NCBI GenBank assembly: GCA_965243745.1
Contig: CBDEVR010000002.1
Span: forward strand, 512,083-576,082
Length of the DNA stretch: 64,000 bases
Source of the DNA: Dehalococcoidia bacterium
GTDB taxonomy: Bacteria; Chloroflexota; Dehalococcoidia; Lucifugimonadales; Australimonadaceae
Reading direction: 5' to 3'
A program made the position numbers and the translations under genes. Within the stretch, counting starts at the first letter, position 1. Every line of letters starts with the position of its first letter. The notes beneath the pieces are model-generated. The model worked only from the letters and a program-made list of their open reading frames with translations. It did not search any database and was not told the DNA's origin. Of this stretch, positions 1-10,390 are shown piece after piece.

Positions 1-336
1 TACGGCCAGCGCGACCCGCTCGTGATGTACAAGAAGCAGGGCCACGAGGCCTTCGACGGGCTCCAGGAGCGTATCCGGCACGATATGGCCCGGCTCATCT
101 TTCACGTCGCGCCCGCAGGGCAGCAGGCGCCAAGGTCGGGCAGCACGAACGGCAGGGCCGCAACCGTGGACACCGCGCGGACCGAGACCGTCATGGCGAA
201 GGCCATCGGCGGACGTACGGCCTCCGCGCCAGCCGCGCCCGTGAACGTTCCGGCGGATGCGCCCCGCTGGATGCGACGCCAGGCCGAACGCGCCGCGGGC
301 GGCGGCAAGAAGGCCCGCAAGCGGAAGGGCAGATAG
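1..336 (+). CDS. secA: Preprotein translocase SecA, C-terminal part (partial at window edge)
   Basis: Frame from base 1 reads YGQRDPLVMYKKQGHEAFDGLQERIRHDMARLIF, the conserved SecA scaffold-domain motif. Confidence 0.9.
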   Translation, partial: YGQRDPLVMYKKQGHEAFDGLQERIRHDMARLIFHVAPAGQQAPRSGSTNGRAATVDTARTETVMAKAIGGRTASAPAAPVNVPADAPRWMRRQAERAAGGGKKARKRKGR

Positions 337-341
337 CCGCC

Positions 342-1058
342 ATGGAGACGACCGTCGCGCCGCCCCCCACGCCGGTATCCACGGCCTCTCCCGAAGAGAC
401 AGACACGCCGCGCAACGGAACGCTCGAACATCTCCGCAGCGCACTCGCCAACGGCACACCCTGGCCGGAAGCGCTGCTCGCAGCCGTCGGCGAATGGACC
501 GCCCCTTTCGAGGTCGTGGACGGCGTGCGGCTCGACTACCTCATCGAGGGCGAGGCGTTCGACTGGCTGTTGCTGGCAGAACGCCTGCTGCGCGAGGCTC
601 CCCCGGGACGCATCCCCGACCACGATGCAGAGCGGCTGCTCTTCCGAGGCGTACTGCCGGATGAGGTGGCCGAAGCGCAGTTCAAGAGCCTGCTGGGGCC
701 GGCGAAGTACCGCGCGCACCTCAACTACTTCTACGGAGTCGTCGTGGAGGAAGCGCTCTGGCACGCCGTTGAACGCGAGGTGGAGAAGGAGCGCAGCGTG
801 CGCGGCCTGCAACACCCGTTCGGCGTGCAGAACCTCGTCGCAGAGCGGCTCTACCGCGCCGAACTGATGCCCCTCCTGAGACAGTTCCAGCGCGAGCACG
901 GACGCGGACGCCGCGTGCGCCTCACCCTGGCCGAGTCCCACGCGTTCACGTACTGGCTCTTCAAGCGGCGCATCGCCAACTCGGACCAGGCCCGCATCGC
1001 GAGCGACACCCGCAAGGGACTGCGCATGCTCAGCGAACTGCGCGAGGGCGCCGGTTAA
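342..1058 (+). CDS. Hypothetical protein
   Basis: 238-aa ORF 5 nt after secA stop, protein-like composition, no recognised motif. Confidence 0.75.
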   Translation: METTVAPPPTPVSTASPEETDTPRNGTLEHLRSALANGTPWPEALLAAVGEWTAPFEVVDGVRLDYLIEGEAFDWLLLAERLLREAPPGRIPDHDAERLLFRGVLPDEVAEAQFKSLLGPAKYRAHLNYFYGVVVEEALWHAVEREVEKERSVRGLQHPFGVQNLVAERLYRAELMPLLRQFQREHGRGRRVRLTLAESHAFTYWLFKRRIANSDQARIASDTRKGLRMLSELREGAG

Positions 1059-1067
1059 GGAGCGAAC

Positions 1068-2351
1068 TCAGGCCTGCGCCCGCTCCGGTTGCGCTTCCGG
1101 CGGCGGCGCGATCGGACCACGCTTGCGGTGCTTCCCTCCCGTCTCCACCGCCACGTAGGCGAACACGACGACAGTCACCGTCCAGAGCACGGCGTTGAAC
1201 CCGAACGCCGCGTGATACGAGTGGACGGAGAGGAGTGTCATGGAGACCACCGGCCCGATCATCCCCGCCGCGTCGCCGAACGTCCGGTAGAGCCCTATGG
1301 CCATACCCCGCATCCCCTGCGGCGCAAGGTCGGCAACGTAGGCGACAGGCGCCTGACCACTCCATCCCTGGGCGATGTGCAGGAGGATGAAGGCCGCTAT
1401 GAACGGGCCCAGCGTATCCGCGAACGGCAGCCAGACGATGGAGACGCCGATCAGGATCCCCGCCGGAACGATGACGATCTTCCGACCGTACTTGTCGGCC
1501 ATCGCCCCCGCCGGGTAGATGAGTATCCCGTGCATGAGCGACGAGAACGTGAACAGCAGCCCGATGGCCCCGGGCCCCATCTCCAGGACGTCGTGCACGA
1601 ACTCCGGGATCAGGGTCGTGGACATGCCCCCGCGCAGGAAGAACGTGGAGAAGCCGAGGACGCACACCATGAAGAAGCTCGTGTCCCGCAGCAGGAAGAG
1701 GGCGCCACGCGGCGAGTTGCCGTGCCGGATGGGCGCGCCCGCGTCTTCGCTCCCCGGCTGAGGACGCGTCTCGGGCAGCCGCACGATGCCCCACAACGCG
1801 AACGTGAGGACCATGATGCCGGAGACGTAGAACGGCGCGCGCGTCCCGAACACCTCGCCTATAAGTCCGCCCAGCGCGGGACTGCCCGTCCCCACGACGA
1901 GTTGCAGTCCGTGCATCAGCCCCAACACACGCCCGCGGTTCTCCACCGTGCTGAGGTCTGCGGCCACGACGTTCGCCATCACGATGGTCATCGAGCTCGT
2001 CACCCCGCTCAGGAACCGGAGCGTCAGGAACGTCGGGACATCCTCTGCGAAGCCACCCAGTGTAGCGAACAGGGCAACCCCCAGCCCGCCGATCGTGATG
2101 ATCCACTTCCGCCCGACCTTCTCCGATATCACGCCCGCCGGGATGTTCGTGATGAAGCGCCCCACCCCATACACGGAGAACGTGAGGCCAAGCGCGAAGA
2201 CGCCGCCGCCGATCAGTTCGATGAACTTGGGCATGACGGGCGTGATAATCATCATGGAGGCGTGAGCCGATGCGATGAGCCCACCAGTGATGACGACCAG
2301 TTCCAGCCGGAGGCCGCCGGTGACGCCCTGTTTCGAGGGTACGAATCGCAT
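1068..2351 (-). CDS. MFS transporter
   Basis: About 12 hydrophobic segments; motif A variants GVISEKVGRK and GAMADKYGRK. Confidence 0.9.
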   Translation of the reverse strand: MRFVPSKQGVTGGLRLELVVITGGLIASAHASMMIITPVMPKFIELIGGGVFALGLTFSVYGVGRFITNIPAGVISEKVGRKWIITIGGLGVALFATLGGFAEDVPTFLTLRFLSGVTSSMTIVMANVVAADLSTVENRGRVLGLMHGLQLVVGTGSPALGGLIGEVFGTRAPFYVSGIMVLTFALWGIVRLPETRPQPGSEDAGAPIRHGNSPRGALFLLRDTSFFMVCVLGFSTFFLRGGMSTTLIPEFVHDVLEMGPGAIGLLFTFSSLMHGILIYPAGAMADKYGRKIVIVPAGILIGVSIVWLPFADTLGPFIAAFILLHIAQGWSGQAPVAYVADLAPQGMRGMAIGLYRTFGDAAGMIGPVVSMTLLSVHSYHAAFGFNAVLWTVTVVVFAYVAVETGGKHRKRGPIAPPPEAQPERAQA

Positions 2352-2433
2352 CGCCTACGCCCCGCTCACGGCGTCTGCGCCCGTCAGCGGCTCGCGGCCT
2401 TCCGTGTCGGCATGCGTCGTCGTACCGATGCGG

Positions 2434-5127
2434 CTAGCCTCCCAGGTCGCGGAGCAGTCCGATGATGCGCTCCAGCCTCGCGCGCCCGCTCTCCAGCCGC
2501 TCGCGCTCGCGTTCCACCACGTCGGCAGGCGCCCTGTCCAGGAATTGCGCATTGCCCAAGCGGCCTTCCAGTCCTGCGACGTGCTTCTCCACGCTTGCCG
2601 CTTCCACCCGCAGGCGCTCCCGCTCCGCCCCCAGGTCCACCGAACCCCCGACGTCGAGCGCTACCGTCAAGTCCCGCACCACGATGCGCACGGAGTCCTG
2701 CCTGGCATCCGCGTCGCCGAACCGCAGGGCGCCAACGCGCGCCAAGGCGCGGATGGCGTCCGCCTCGTCTTCCAGTGCAGCGGCGGGACGGGACGCGGCG
2801 ACCGCGGCGTCCAGCAGCGTCTGCGGCTCTATCTTCAACTCCGCTCGCACGTTGCGGACCGCCCGCACGAGGTCGATCAGCAGTTCCACTTCCTCGGAGG
2901 CTGGAGCATCAGCTTCCCTGCGCGCCTGCAACTCCTCCTCGGACAATCGCGCCTTCGGGTCCGGGTATGGAGCGACCATGATGGACTCGGGGAGGTTGCC
3001 CTCGGGCGGCAGCACGGCGGTGAGGCGCTGCCACAGCTCCTCCGTGACGAACGGCATGAACGGGTGGAGCAGCCGCAGCACGCGCTCCAGTACATGCGCC
3101 AGCACCCGGCGGGGCTGGTCGTCGCCGTTGCGCATGCGCACCTTCGCCAGCTCGATGTACCAGTCGGCGAAGTCGCTCCAGATGAACTCGTGGAGGACGC
3201 GCTCGGCCTCGCCTATCTGGAACTCGGCGATGAGGTCGTTCACGCGGACGGCGGTCTGCTGCGCCCTGGAGAGCATCCACCGGTCCTGCCGATGCTCGCG
3301 CGGCGGCGTGGCGTACCACCCCTCCATGCCCTCCTGCCCTTCCGTCGCGCCAATGACGAACCTGCCAACGTTCCACAACTTGTTCGCGAAGTTGCGCGCC
3401 GCTTCCAAACGGTCGTCGCTGAACCGGGTGTCGTTGCCGGGCGTCGTGCCGGTCGTCAGCGCGAAGCGCAGCGCGTCGGTGCCGTACTGATCGATGGCGT
3501 CCAGCGGGTCTCGGACGTTTCCGCGCGTCTTGCTCATCTTCTGCCCGTGCTCGTCGCGCACGAGACCGTGCAGGTAGACGGTGCGGAAGGGGACGTCCCC
3601 CATGTTCCACATACCCATCATGATCATGCGGGCCACCCAGAAGAAGAGGATGTCGTAGCCCGTCTCCATCACTGAGGTGGGGTAGAAGTAGTCCAGGTCG
3701 GCATTGCCGTCTGGCCACCCGAGCGTGGAGTGCGTCCAGAGCCCGGAGGAGAACCAGGTGTCGAGCACGTCTTCGTCCTGTTCGATGTCGCCGGAGCCGC
3801 ACGCCTCGCAGACCCGCGGTTCGTCGACGGCAACGGTCATGTGGCCACAGGCGCCGCAGTACCAGACCGGGATGCGGTGCCCCCACCACAGTTGGCGGGA
3901 GATGCACCAGTCGCGGATGTTCTCCATCCAGTTCTCGTAGACGCGTGCGAAACGCTCCGGAACGATGCGGATGCGCCCGTCCTTCACGGCGGCCAGCGCG
4001 GGCTCGGCCAGCGGCCCGATCTTCACGAACCACTGTGTGGAGACGATGGGCTCCACCGGGTCGCCGCTGCGCTGGCAGTGGCCCACTGAATGCGTGTACG
4101 GCTCCACCCGCTCCAGCAGTCCCTCCCGCTCCAGCTGCGCGACGATGGCCTTGCGGGCCTCGAACCGGTCGAAACCGGCGTATGGCCCTGCCTCTTCGTT
4201 CAGCGTGCCGTCCGGGTTGAGGACGTTCACGACGGGCAGTCCGTGCCGCTCGCCCGTCTCGAAGTCGTTGGGGTCGTGCCCGGGCGTGATCTTGAGTGCG
4301 CCGGTGCCGAACTCCGTTGCGACCGCGTCGTCGGCGATGACGGGGATCAGCCTTCCGAGCACCGGCAGGCGCACTCGCTTGCCCGGCGCACCTGCGTACC
4401 GCTCATCCGTAGGGTTCACGGCGACCGCCGTGTCGCCCAGCAGCGTCTCGGGGCGGGTCGTCGCGACGGTCAGGTGCCCTGAGCCGTCCTCGTAGGGATA
4501 GCGGATGTGGTAGAGGTTGCCCTGCACCTCCTCGTGCTCGACCTCAAGGTCGGAGAGCGCGGTGCGGCAACTGACGCACCAGTTGATCATCCGCTCGCCG
4601 CGGTAGATGAGTCCGTCGTCGTAGAGGTTCTTGAACGTCGTGCGGACGGCGCGCGCCGGGCCTTCGTCCAGCGTGAACGTCTTGCGCTCCCAGTCGCATG
4701 AGGCGCCGAGCCTGCGGTGCTGGTTGTCTATGGTGTCGCCGGTCCTGTCCACCCATTCCCAGATGCGCTTGAGGAACGCCTCACGCCCGATGTCGTGGCG
4801 CGTCAGCTCTTCCGCCGCGAGCAGCCGCTCTACGACGACCTGCGTGGCGATGCCGGCGTGGTCTGTGCCGGGAAGGTAGAGAGCCACGTCGCCCTTCATC
4901 CGGTGGTAACGGGTGAGCGCGTCCTCTATGGCCGCCGTCATCGCGTGGCCGAGATGCAGTTCGCCCGTGACGTTGGGCGGCGGCATGATGATGGTGAACG
5001 GTTCCCTGTCCGGGTCCGGCGCAGCCCTGAAGTATCCGGAGCGCTCCCACCATTCGTACAGCCTGCCCTCAACCTGGCGCGGGTCGTAGGCTTTCGCAAG
5101 CGGCTCTCCGGCCGTGTTCGTCGTCAT
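2434..5127 (-). CDS. valS: Valine--tRNA ligase
   Basis: PPPNVTGELHLGH, WCISRQLWWGHRIP, KMSKT, C-terminal coiled coil; start set at MTTNTAGEPL. Confidence 0.97.
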   Translation of the reverse strand: MTTNTAGEPLAKAYDPRQVEGRLYEWWERSGYFRAAPDPDREPFTIIMPPPNVTGELHLGHAMTAAIEDALTRYHRMKGDVALYLPGTDHAGIATQVVVERLLAAEELTRHDIGREAFLKRIWEWVDRTGDTIDNQHRRLGASCDWERKTFTLDEGPARAVRTTFKNLYDDGLIYRGERMINWCVSCRTALSDLEVEHEEVQGNLYHIRYPYEDGSGHLTVATTRPETLLGDTAVAVNPTDERYAGAPGKRVRLPVLGRLIPVIADDAVATEFGTGALKITPGHDPNDFETGERHGLPVVNVLNPDGTLNEEAGPYAGFDRFEARKAIVAQLEREGLLERVEPYTHSVGHCQRSGDPVEPIVSTQWFVKIGPLAEPALAAVKDGRIRIVPERFARVYENWMENIRDWCISRQLWWGHRIPVWYCGACGHMTVAVDEPRVCEACGSGDIEQDEDVLDTWFSSGLWTHSTLGWPDGNADLDYFYPTSVMETGYDILFFWVARMIMMGMWNMGDVPFRTVYLHGLVRDEHGQKMSKTRGNVRDPLDAIDQYGTDALRFALTTGTTPGNDTRFSDDRLEAARNFANKLWNVGRFVIGATEGQEGMEGWYATPPREHRQDRWMLSRAQQTAVRVNDLIAEFQIGEAERVLHEFIWSDFADWYIELAKVRMRNGDDQPRRVLAHVLERVLRLLHPFMPFVTEELWQRLTAVLPPEGNLPESIMVAPYPDPKARLSEEELQARREADAPASEEVELLIDLVRAVRNVRAELKIEPQTLLDAAVAASRPAAALEDEADAIRALARVGALRFGDADARQDSVRIVVRDLTVALDVGGSVDLGAERERLRVEAASVEKHVAGLEGRLGNAQFLDRAPADVVERERERLESGRARLERIIGLLRDLGG

Positions 5128-5246
5128 GCGCGGGGACTCCGGGAGGCTGGGCTGTGGAGCCTCCATGTTAGCAGACGCGACGTTCAGCCTGTGTGAGAGT
5201 CGCTCACTCTCCGCCCACACCTCGGAAGGGGTGCTATCCTGCCTCC

Positions 5247-6467
5247 GTGTCCATCGGAGCCCCCTCACGTCCGATCTCGTGGAAGTCGAACCTCATCGCG
5301 CTGTGGTTCGCCCAGGTAGGGACGACTCTCGGCTTCTCCTTCACCTTCCCCTTCTACCCGCTCTTCTTCGAGGAACTGGGCGGGCTCAGCACGGAGCGCG
5401 CCGCGTTCTGGGCAGGGCTGGCGGGGTGGGTATTCGGTTTTGGCATGGGCATCTCCAGCCCCATCTGGGGGGTCCTGGGCGACCGCTTCGGGCGCAAGCT
5501 GAACGTCCTGCGCTCGCTGATCCTCGGCGGCCTCTTCCTCACGCTCTCGGGGTTCTCCCAGACCCCGCTCCAACTCCTGCTGTCCCGCTTCGTGATCGGC
5601 GCGACGAGCGGCGTCGTGCCGACCATCATGGCCCTCGTGGCCGCGCAGACCCCGAGGGAGCGGCTCCCCTTCGCCGCCGGCATCATCCAGTCAGGCCTCT
5701 TCATCGGCATTGCGCTCGGCCCCCTGCTGGGCGGCATCATCTACGACGCATGGGGTATGCGGGCGGCCTTCATCGCCACCGGCGCAGGGCTCTGGGGTTC
5801 CGCGGTGATCGTCGTCTTCCTGGTGCGCGAGAACTTCCATCCAGCGGAGTCTTCTCTTGGCGTGGTCCGGCCCTTCGTGGTCCTCTGGCGGCTGAGCACG
5901 TCCCGCGCGATGCTGCCGCTCTACGGCGTGGTCTTCCTCGTGCTTGCCGCCCACCTCATGATCCAGCCCGCCATCCCAGGGCTCGTCGGCATCGTCGAGG
6001 GCGGCTCCCATTCGGGCACCGCTTCCGGCATCGTGTTCGCGCTGGGAGGGATCGCTTCCGCGGTCTCCTCGGTGGCGATGGGCTGGCTTGCGCCGAAGGT
6101 CGGGTTGCAACGCGTGCTGATGGTGGGAGCGGTGCTCGCGGCACTCTCGGCGCTCGTACCCTACTTCGCGAACGACTACCTCACGCTCGCAGCCGGATTC
6201 GCGGCCATCGCGCTCTTCTCCGGCGGCCTCTCCGGCCTCGTGAACGGGCTCATCGCGCTGCGCTCTCCCAGCGGACAGCACGGGGCTGCGTTCGGCTCGG
6301 CGCAACTGGCCCACGCATTCGGCGTGGCGCTCGGGCCGCTGAGCGGCGGCGCTATGGTCGTCGCCTGGGGGCTGCGGAGCGTCTTCCTCTTCGAGTTAGC
6401 CACCTTCGTCCTGATACTGCTGGTCGTGGCCGCGCTGCTTGGTGGCCGTCGCACCCGCGAGGAGTAG
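5247..6467 (+). CDS. MFS transporter (MdtG/DHA1-like)
   Basis: SPIWGVLGDRFGRK motif, about 12 TM segments; GTG start 6 nt after TGCTATCCT. Confidence 0.88.
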   Translation: MSIGAPSRPISWKSNLIALWFAQVGTTLGFSFTFPFYPLFFEELGGLSTERAAFWAGLAGWVFGFGMGISSPIWGVLGDRFGRKLNVLRSLILGGLFLTLSGFSQTPLQLLLSRFVIGATSGVVPTIMALVAAQTPRERLPFAAGIIQSGLFIGIALGPLLGGIIYDAWGMRAAFIATGAGLWGSAVIVVFLVRENFHPAESSLGVVRPFVVLWRLSTSRAMLPLYGVVFLVLAAHLMIQPAIPGLVGIVEGGSHSGTASGIVFALGGIASAVSSVAMGWLAPKVGLQRVLMVGAVLAALSALVPYFANDYLTLAAGFAAIALFSGGLSGLVNGLIALRSPSGQHGAAFGSAQLAHAFGVALGPLSGGAMVVAWGLRSVFLFELATFVLILLVVAALLGGRRTREE

Positions 6468-6493
6468 GAAGCGGGAATACACTCGCGCGGGCG

Positions 6494-6499
6494 TATAAT
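6494..6499 (+). promoter_or_regulatory. -10 box (TATAAT) of leaderless coaX transcript
   Basis: Perfect TATAAT 6 nt before ATG 6506, no Shine-Dalgarno. Confidence 0.65.
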
Positions 6500-6505
6500 C
6501 TCTCC

Positions 6506-7300
6506 ATGCTCCTCACGCTGGACATCGGTAACACGAACATCACCATCGGAGCGTTCGATGGGGACGAACTCGTCGCGAACTGGCGGCTCTCCACCGACTC
6601 CCGTCGTCTCACGGACGAGTACGCCCTGCAACTGCGCGAGCTCCTTCCGCTGAAGGGCATCGCCCTGACCGACGTCACCGACGCAGCCCTGTGCAGCGTC
6701 GTTCCTCCGCTCACCGGCGTGTTCGAGGAGGTCGCACGCAACCTCTTCTCCTGCGACCCCGTCGTCGTGGGCGCGGGGACACGCACCGGGATCCGGATCC
6801 AGTACCAGAGCCCGCACGACGTGGGCGCGGACCGCGTCGTGGACGCCGCAGCAGCCCTCCACTACTACGGCGGACCGGCCATCGTCGTGGACCTGGGCAC
6901 CGCCACGGTCTTCGACGCCGTGACGGCCGACGGCGACTACCTCGGCGGCGCGATCTCCATCGGCGTCGGGCTGGCGGGCGACGCACTCGCCGCGAACACG
7001 TCCATGCTGCGCCGCGTCGACCTCACCGCACCGGAGCACGCCATCGGCAAGAACACCACGGCCTCCATCAACTCCGGCCTCGTCTTCGGCTTCACAGGAC
7101 TGGTTGAGACGATGGTGGGCCGCTTCCGGAAAGAGATGGACGCGCCGGACGCGAAGGTCGTCGGCACTGGCGGCCTCGTGCCGCTCATCGCCGAGCAGAC
7201 CCCCGTCTTCGACGTCGTCGACCCGGAACTGACCCTGCGCGGCCTGCGACACATCTTCGACCTGAACCGCGAGCCAGCACAGACCGGGGGCCTGCGGTGA
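6506..7300 (+). CDS. coaX: Type III pantothenate kinase
   Basis: LDIGNTN, VGADRVV, VVDLGTAT, VGTGG motifs. Confidence 0.95.
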   Translation: MLLTLDIGNTNITIGAFDGDELVANWRLSTDSRRLTDEYALQLRELLPLKGIALTDVTDAALCSVVPPLTGVFEEVARNLFSCDPVVVGAGTRTGIRIQYQSPHDVGADRVVDAAAALHYYGGPAIVVDLGTATVFDAVTADGDYLGGAISIGVGLAGDALAANTSMLRRVDLTAPEHAIGKNTTASINSGLVFGFTGLVETMVGRFRKEMDAPDAKVVGTGGLVPLIAEQTPVFDVVDPELTLRGLRHIFDLNREPAQTGGLR

Positions 7301-8511
7301 GCAGCCCGTTCCACGGCAAGCGCGTCCTCCTGGGCATCAGCGGCAGCATCGCCGCCTACAAGGCCGCCGACCTCGCCAGCAAACTCACGCAGGGCGGAGC
7401 CGAAGTGGACGTGCTCATGACGCACTCCGCCACCCGGTTCGTCACGCCCCTCACCTTCCGCAGCATCACGCAACGCCCGGTGCTGACCGACCTCTTCGAC
7501 CCCAACTCGCCGGAGGCGATCGAGCATGTTGCGCTGGCGCAGGCCGCGCACATCCTCGTCGTCGCACCCGCGACCGCACATATGCTCGCAAAGCTCGCGC
7601 TCGGTCTCGCCGACGACCCCATCAGCGTCACCGCGCTGGCGACCGGCGCGCCGTTGCTCGTGGCGCCCGCCATGGACGCCAACATGTGGGAACACCCCGC
7701 GGTGCGGCAGAACGTGAACACGCTCATGGAACGCGGCGCGGTTATCGTGGGACCGGGAGCGGGGCGGCTCGCCTCCGGGCTCACGGGGTGGGGACGGCTC
7801 GCCGAGACGCCGGAGCTGCTCGGACGCATCGCGCAGACGCTCGGAGCGAACGGCGACCTGCACGGGCGGAGCATCGTCGTGAGCGCAGGCGGGACGCAGG
7901 AACCGCTCGATCCCGTCCGGGTGCTCACCAACCGCTCCTCCGGCAAGATGGGCTACGCCATCGCAGAGGCCGCGCGGGACCGTGGCGCGGACGTGACGCT
8001 CATAACCGCGCCCGCCGCCATCGACCTGCCCGTCGGCGTGCGCATCGAACGCGCCGAGACAGCGGAACAGATGCACGTGGCTGTCCAGGGGGCTGCCTCC
8101 TCTGCAGACGCCCTCGTGATGGCCGCCGCCGTCGCCGACTATCGCCCGGCCAAGGCGAGCGGGGAGAAGCTGAAGAAGGAAACGATGGCCGGTCTCACGC
8201 TCGCGCTGGAGCGCACCGAGGACATCATCGCAGGCGCACCGGACGGTATCGTGAAGGTCGCCTTCGCCGCCGAGAGCAGCGGCCTGCTGAAGAACGCCCG
8301 CTCCAAATTGCGGAGCAAGGGCGCGGACCTCGTCGCAGCGAACGACATCACGTTGCCCGGCGCGGGTTTCGGTTCGGACGAAAACAAGGTCTGGCTTGTA
8401 GACGATACCGGGGACACCGAGCTGCCGCTCATGGCAAAATATGAAGTGGCGATGGCGATCCTCGATCGTGTCGTCGCACTCTTGGACGCGCGGCGTCCGA
8501 AAGCGAGTTAA
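7297..8511 (+). CDS. coaBC: Bifunctional phosphopantothenoylcysteine decarboxylase/ligase
   Basis: GISGSIAAYKA, APAMDANMW, DPVRVLTNRSSGKMG, AAVADY; GTGA overlap with coaX. Confidence 0.96.
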   Translation: MSSPFHGKRVLLGISGSIAAYKAADLASKLTQGGAEVDVLMTHSATRFVTPLTFRSITQRPVLTDLFDPNSPEAIEHVALAQAAHILVVAPATAHMLAKLALGLADDPISVTALATGAPLLVAPAMDANMWEHPAVRQNVNTLMERGAVIVGPGAGRLASGLTGWGRLAETPELLGRIAQTLGANGDLHGRSIVVSAGGTQEPLDPVRVLTNRSSGKMGYAIAEAARDRGADVTLITAPAAIDLPVGVRIERAETAEQMHVAVQGAASSADALVMAAAVADYRPAKASGEKLKKETMAGLTLALERTEDIIAGAPDGIVKVAFAAESSGLLKNARSKLRSKGADLVAANDITLPGAGFGSDENKVWLVDDTGDTELPLMAKYEVAMAILDRVVALLDARRPKAS

Positions 8512-8513
8512 GC

Positions 8514-8813
8514 GTGGAACTCCTGATCGTCGTCGCTGTCATCGGCGCTGCCGCGTTCTGGTACTACCGAGCGTACCGCGAGGCCCGAACCTGGAAGGAA
8601 GTACACGCCGCGTGGGGGCTCGAACACCAGCACCGAGCCATCGACATCTACAACGAACTGACCCGCCAGGGCATCCTTGCGCGACTCAGGACCTCCGGGA
8701 CACTCGAGGGCATGATGCGGCCGATCACGCGGCCCCACGCATCCATCCGCGTCCGCCGCGAGGACTTCGCCTCCGCTTCGAGGATCGTCCTTTCCCTGAC
8801 GCGGGCCAGCTGA
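8514..8813 (+). CDS. Small membrane-anchored hypothetical protein (possibly DUF2007-like)
   Basis: N-terminal TM helix, short soluble domain ending IRVRREDFASA; 2 nt after coaBC. Confidence 0.6.
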   Translation: MELLIVVAVIGAAAFWYYRAYREARTWKEVHAAWGLEHQHRAIDIYNELTRQGILARLRTSGTLEGMMRPITRPHASIRVRREDFASASRIVLSLTRAS

Positions 8814-8836
8814 AGCCACTCACTCCCGTCCCGCGC

Positions 8837-10390
8837 TCAACGTACGCGCACGTCCTCGGCAACACGCGGCAGCAGCGCGAGCAGGTCGCTCGCGAGCATC
8901 CCCCCGCTGCCATTCGCCGCGCTCCAGCGCTCCGCCGCCGCCCCGTGCAGGTACACCCCCGCCACCGCGGCCTCGTAGCGCTCCATCCCCTGCGCCAGGA
9001 GACCTCCAATGATGCCCGCGAGCACGTCACCCGAGCCTGCCGTGGCGAGCGCAGGGTTCGCGAACGGGCTGAGCGCGACCCGTCCGTCCGGCGCGGCGAC
9101 CACCGTGTGCGCGCCCTTGAGCACCACCACCTGCCCCCACTGTTGCGCTGACGCCATGGCGGCGCCCTTGCGGTCCACCTGCACCTCGTGCGCCGGTCGC
9201 CCGAGCAGCCGCCCCATCTCGCCCGGATGCGGTGTCAGCACGGCGGATACAGCGAGCATCGACGGCCAGTCGTAGACCTCCGCGAGGATGTTCAGGGCAT
9301 CCGCATCGAGCACCACGGGAGTAGGCACCGCAGGCTCAGTGAGCAGCAACGCACGCAGGAACGCGGCCGACGGCTCTCCTGCGCCGAGTCCGGGACCTAC
9401 CACGGCAGCCGAAGCCGCATTCAACGCCTCACGGGCTGCGCCGGCTGCCTCTGCCGAAACGCCGCCGTCCGGGGTCTCCGCCAGCGGCGCATGCACCTGC
9501 TCGATGAGTTGCGCCGCCGCGATACGGCTCACGCTTTCCGGCGCGGCGAGGCTCACGAGCCCCACTCCCACACGGTACGCCGCCGACGCAGCGAGCACCG
9601 GCGCGCCAACGTACCGTTTGTGTCCGCCTACGACGAGCACGTTCCCGAAACTGCCCTTGTGGCTGTCCGCACGGCGAGGCGGCAACAGGCCGCCCGCGAG
9701 CGGAGCATCCACCAGGTCGAGCGGAAGGCCGTCATCGACGCCCTCCGGCAGACCGATCGAGAGTGTTTCCAGCGACCCCGCATGTCCAGCGCCGGGGAAC
9801 TGGAGCAGGCCGACCTTCGGCGCTCCGAGCGCGAGCGTCACGTCGGCGGGGAAGCACGCGTCGTCGCACTCCCCTGTGTCCGCGTCGAGGCCCGTGGGCA
9901 GGTCGAGGGCGGCATACAAGGGATGCTGCGATGGCGGCTTCATCTGCCCCACCGCCTCGAAGATGGCCCGCAGTACGGGATCCAGGCCCGGGTGTGCGCC
10001 GATACCGAGCACCGCGTCCAGCACGAGGTCGGCAAGCGAAACGTAGCTCCCCAGCTGCCAGCACTCGAGGTCTTCCGACGCCTCCACCACGCGGCAGCGG
10101 CGCTCGCGACATTCTTCGAATTTATCCTCACGCCGCCGCGCCGTCGTCATGTACAGTGTTACCACCGCTCCCCAGTCCGCCAGGTAGCGCGCCGCGACCA
10201 TCCCGTCGCCGCCGTTGTTCCCCGGCCCCACCAGCACGACGATGCGCTTGCTTCGAACGCCATCGAGACGGTGCGCGATGCTGCGCGCCACGGCGAGCCC
10301 GGCGCTCTCCATCAGCGAATCCGCCGGGACCCCCGCCTCCGCCGCACGCGACTCCAGCAGCCGCATCTCCTCCGACGTTACGACCTTCAA
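8837..10390 (-). CDS. nnr: Bifunctional NAD(P)H-hydrate epimerase/dehydratase
   Basis: LMESAG, GPGNNGGDG, HKGSFG, LTPHPGEM, LATAGSGDVLAG; TTG start overlapping acpS stop. Confidence 0.94.
   Translation of the reverse strand: MKVVTSEEMRLLESRAAEAGVPADSLMESAGLAVARSIAHRLDGVRSKRIVVLVGPGNNGGDGMVAARYLADWGAVVTLYMTTARRREDKFEECRERRCRVVEASEDLECWQLGSYVSLADLVLDAVLGIGAHPGLDPVLRAIFEAVGQMKPPSQHPLYAALDLPTGLDADTGECDDACFPADVTLALGAPKVGLLQFPGAGHAGSLETLSIGLPEGVDDGLPLDLVDAPLAGGLLPPRRADSHKGSFGNVLVVGGHKRYVGAPVLAASAAYRVGVGLVSLAAPESVSRIAAAQLIEQVHAPLAETPDGGVSAEAAGAAREALNAASAAVVGPGLGAGEPSAAFLRALLLTEPAVPTPVVLDADALNILAEVYDWPSMLAVSAVLTPHPGEMGRLLGRPAHEVQVDRKGAAMASAQQWGQVVVLKGAHTVVAAPDGRVALSPFANPALATAGSGDVLAGIIGGLLAQGMERYEAAVAGVYLHGAAAERWSAANGSGGMLASDLLALLPRVAEDVRVR

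Noticed and set aside
5114-6505. Long N-terminal extensions in the ORF track for coaX, and likewise for ADH, argB, argD, RidA and the LigB-type gene
   Set aside because: They overlap better-supported neighbouring genes in other frames; family homology starts at the internal start codons used above.
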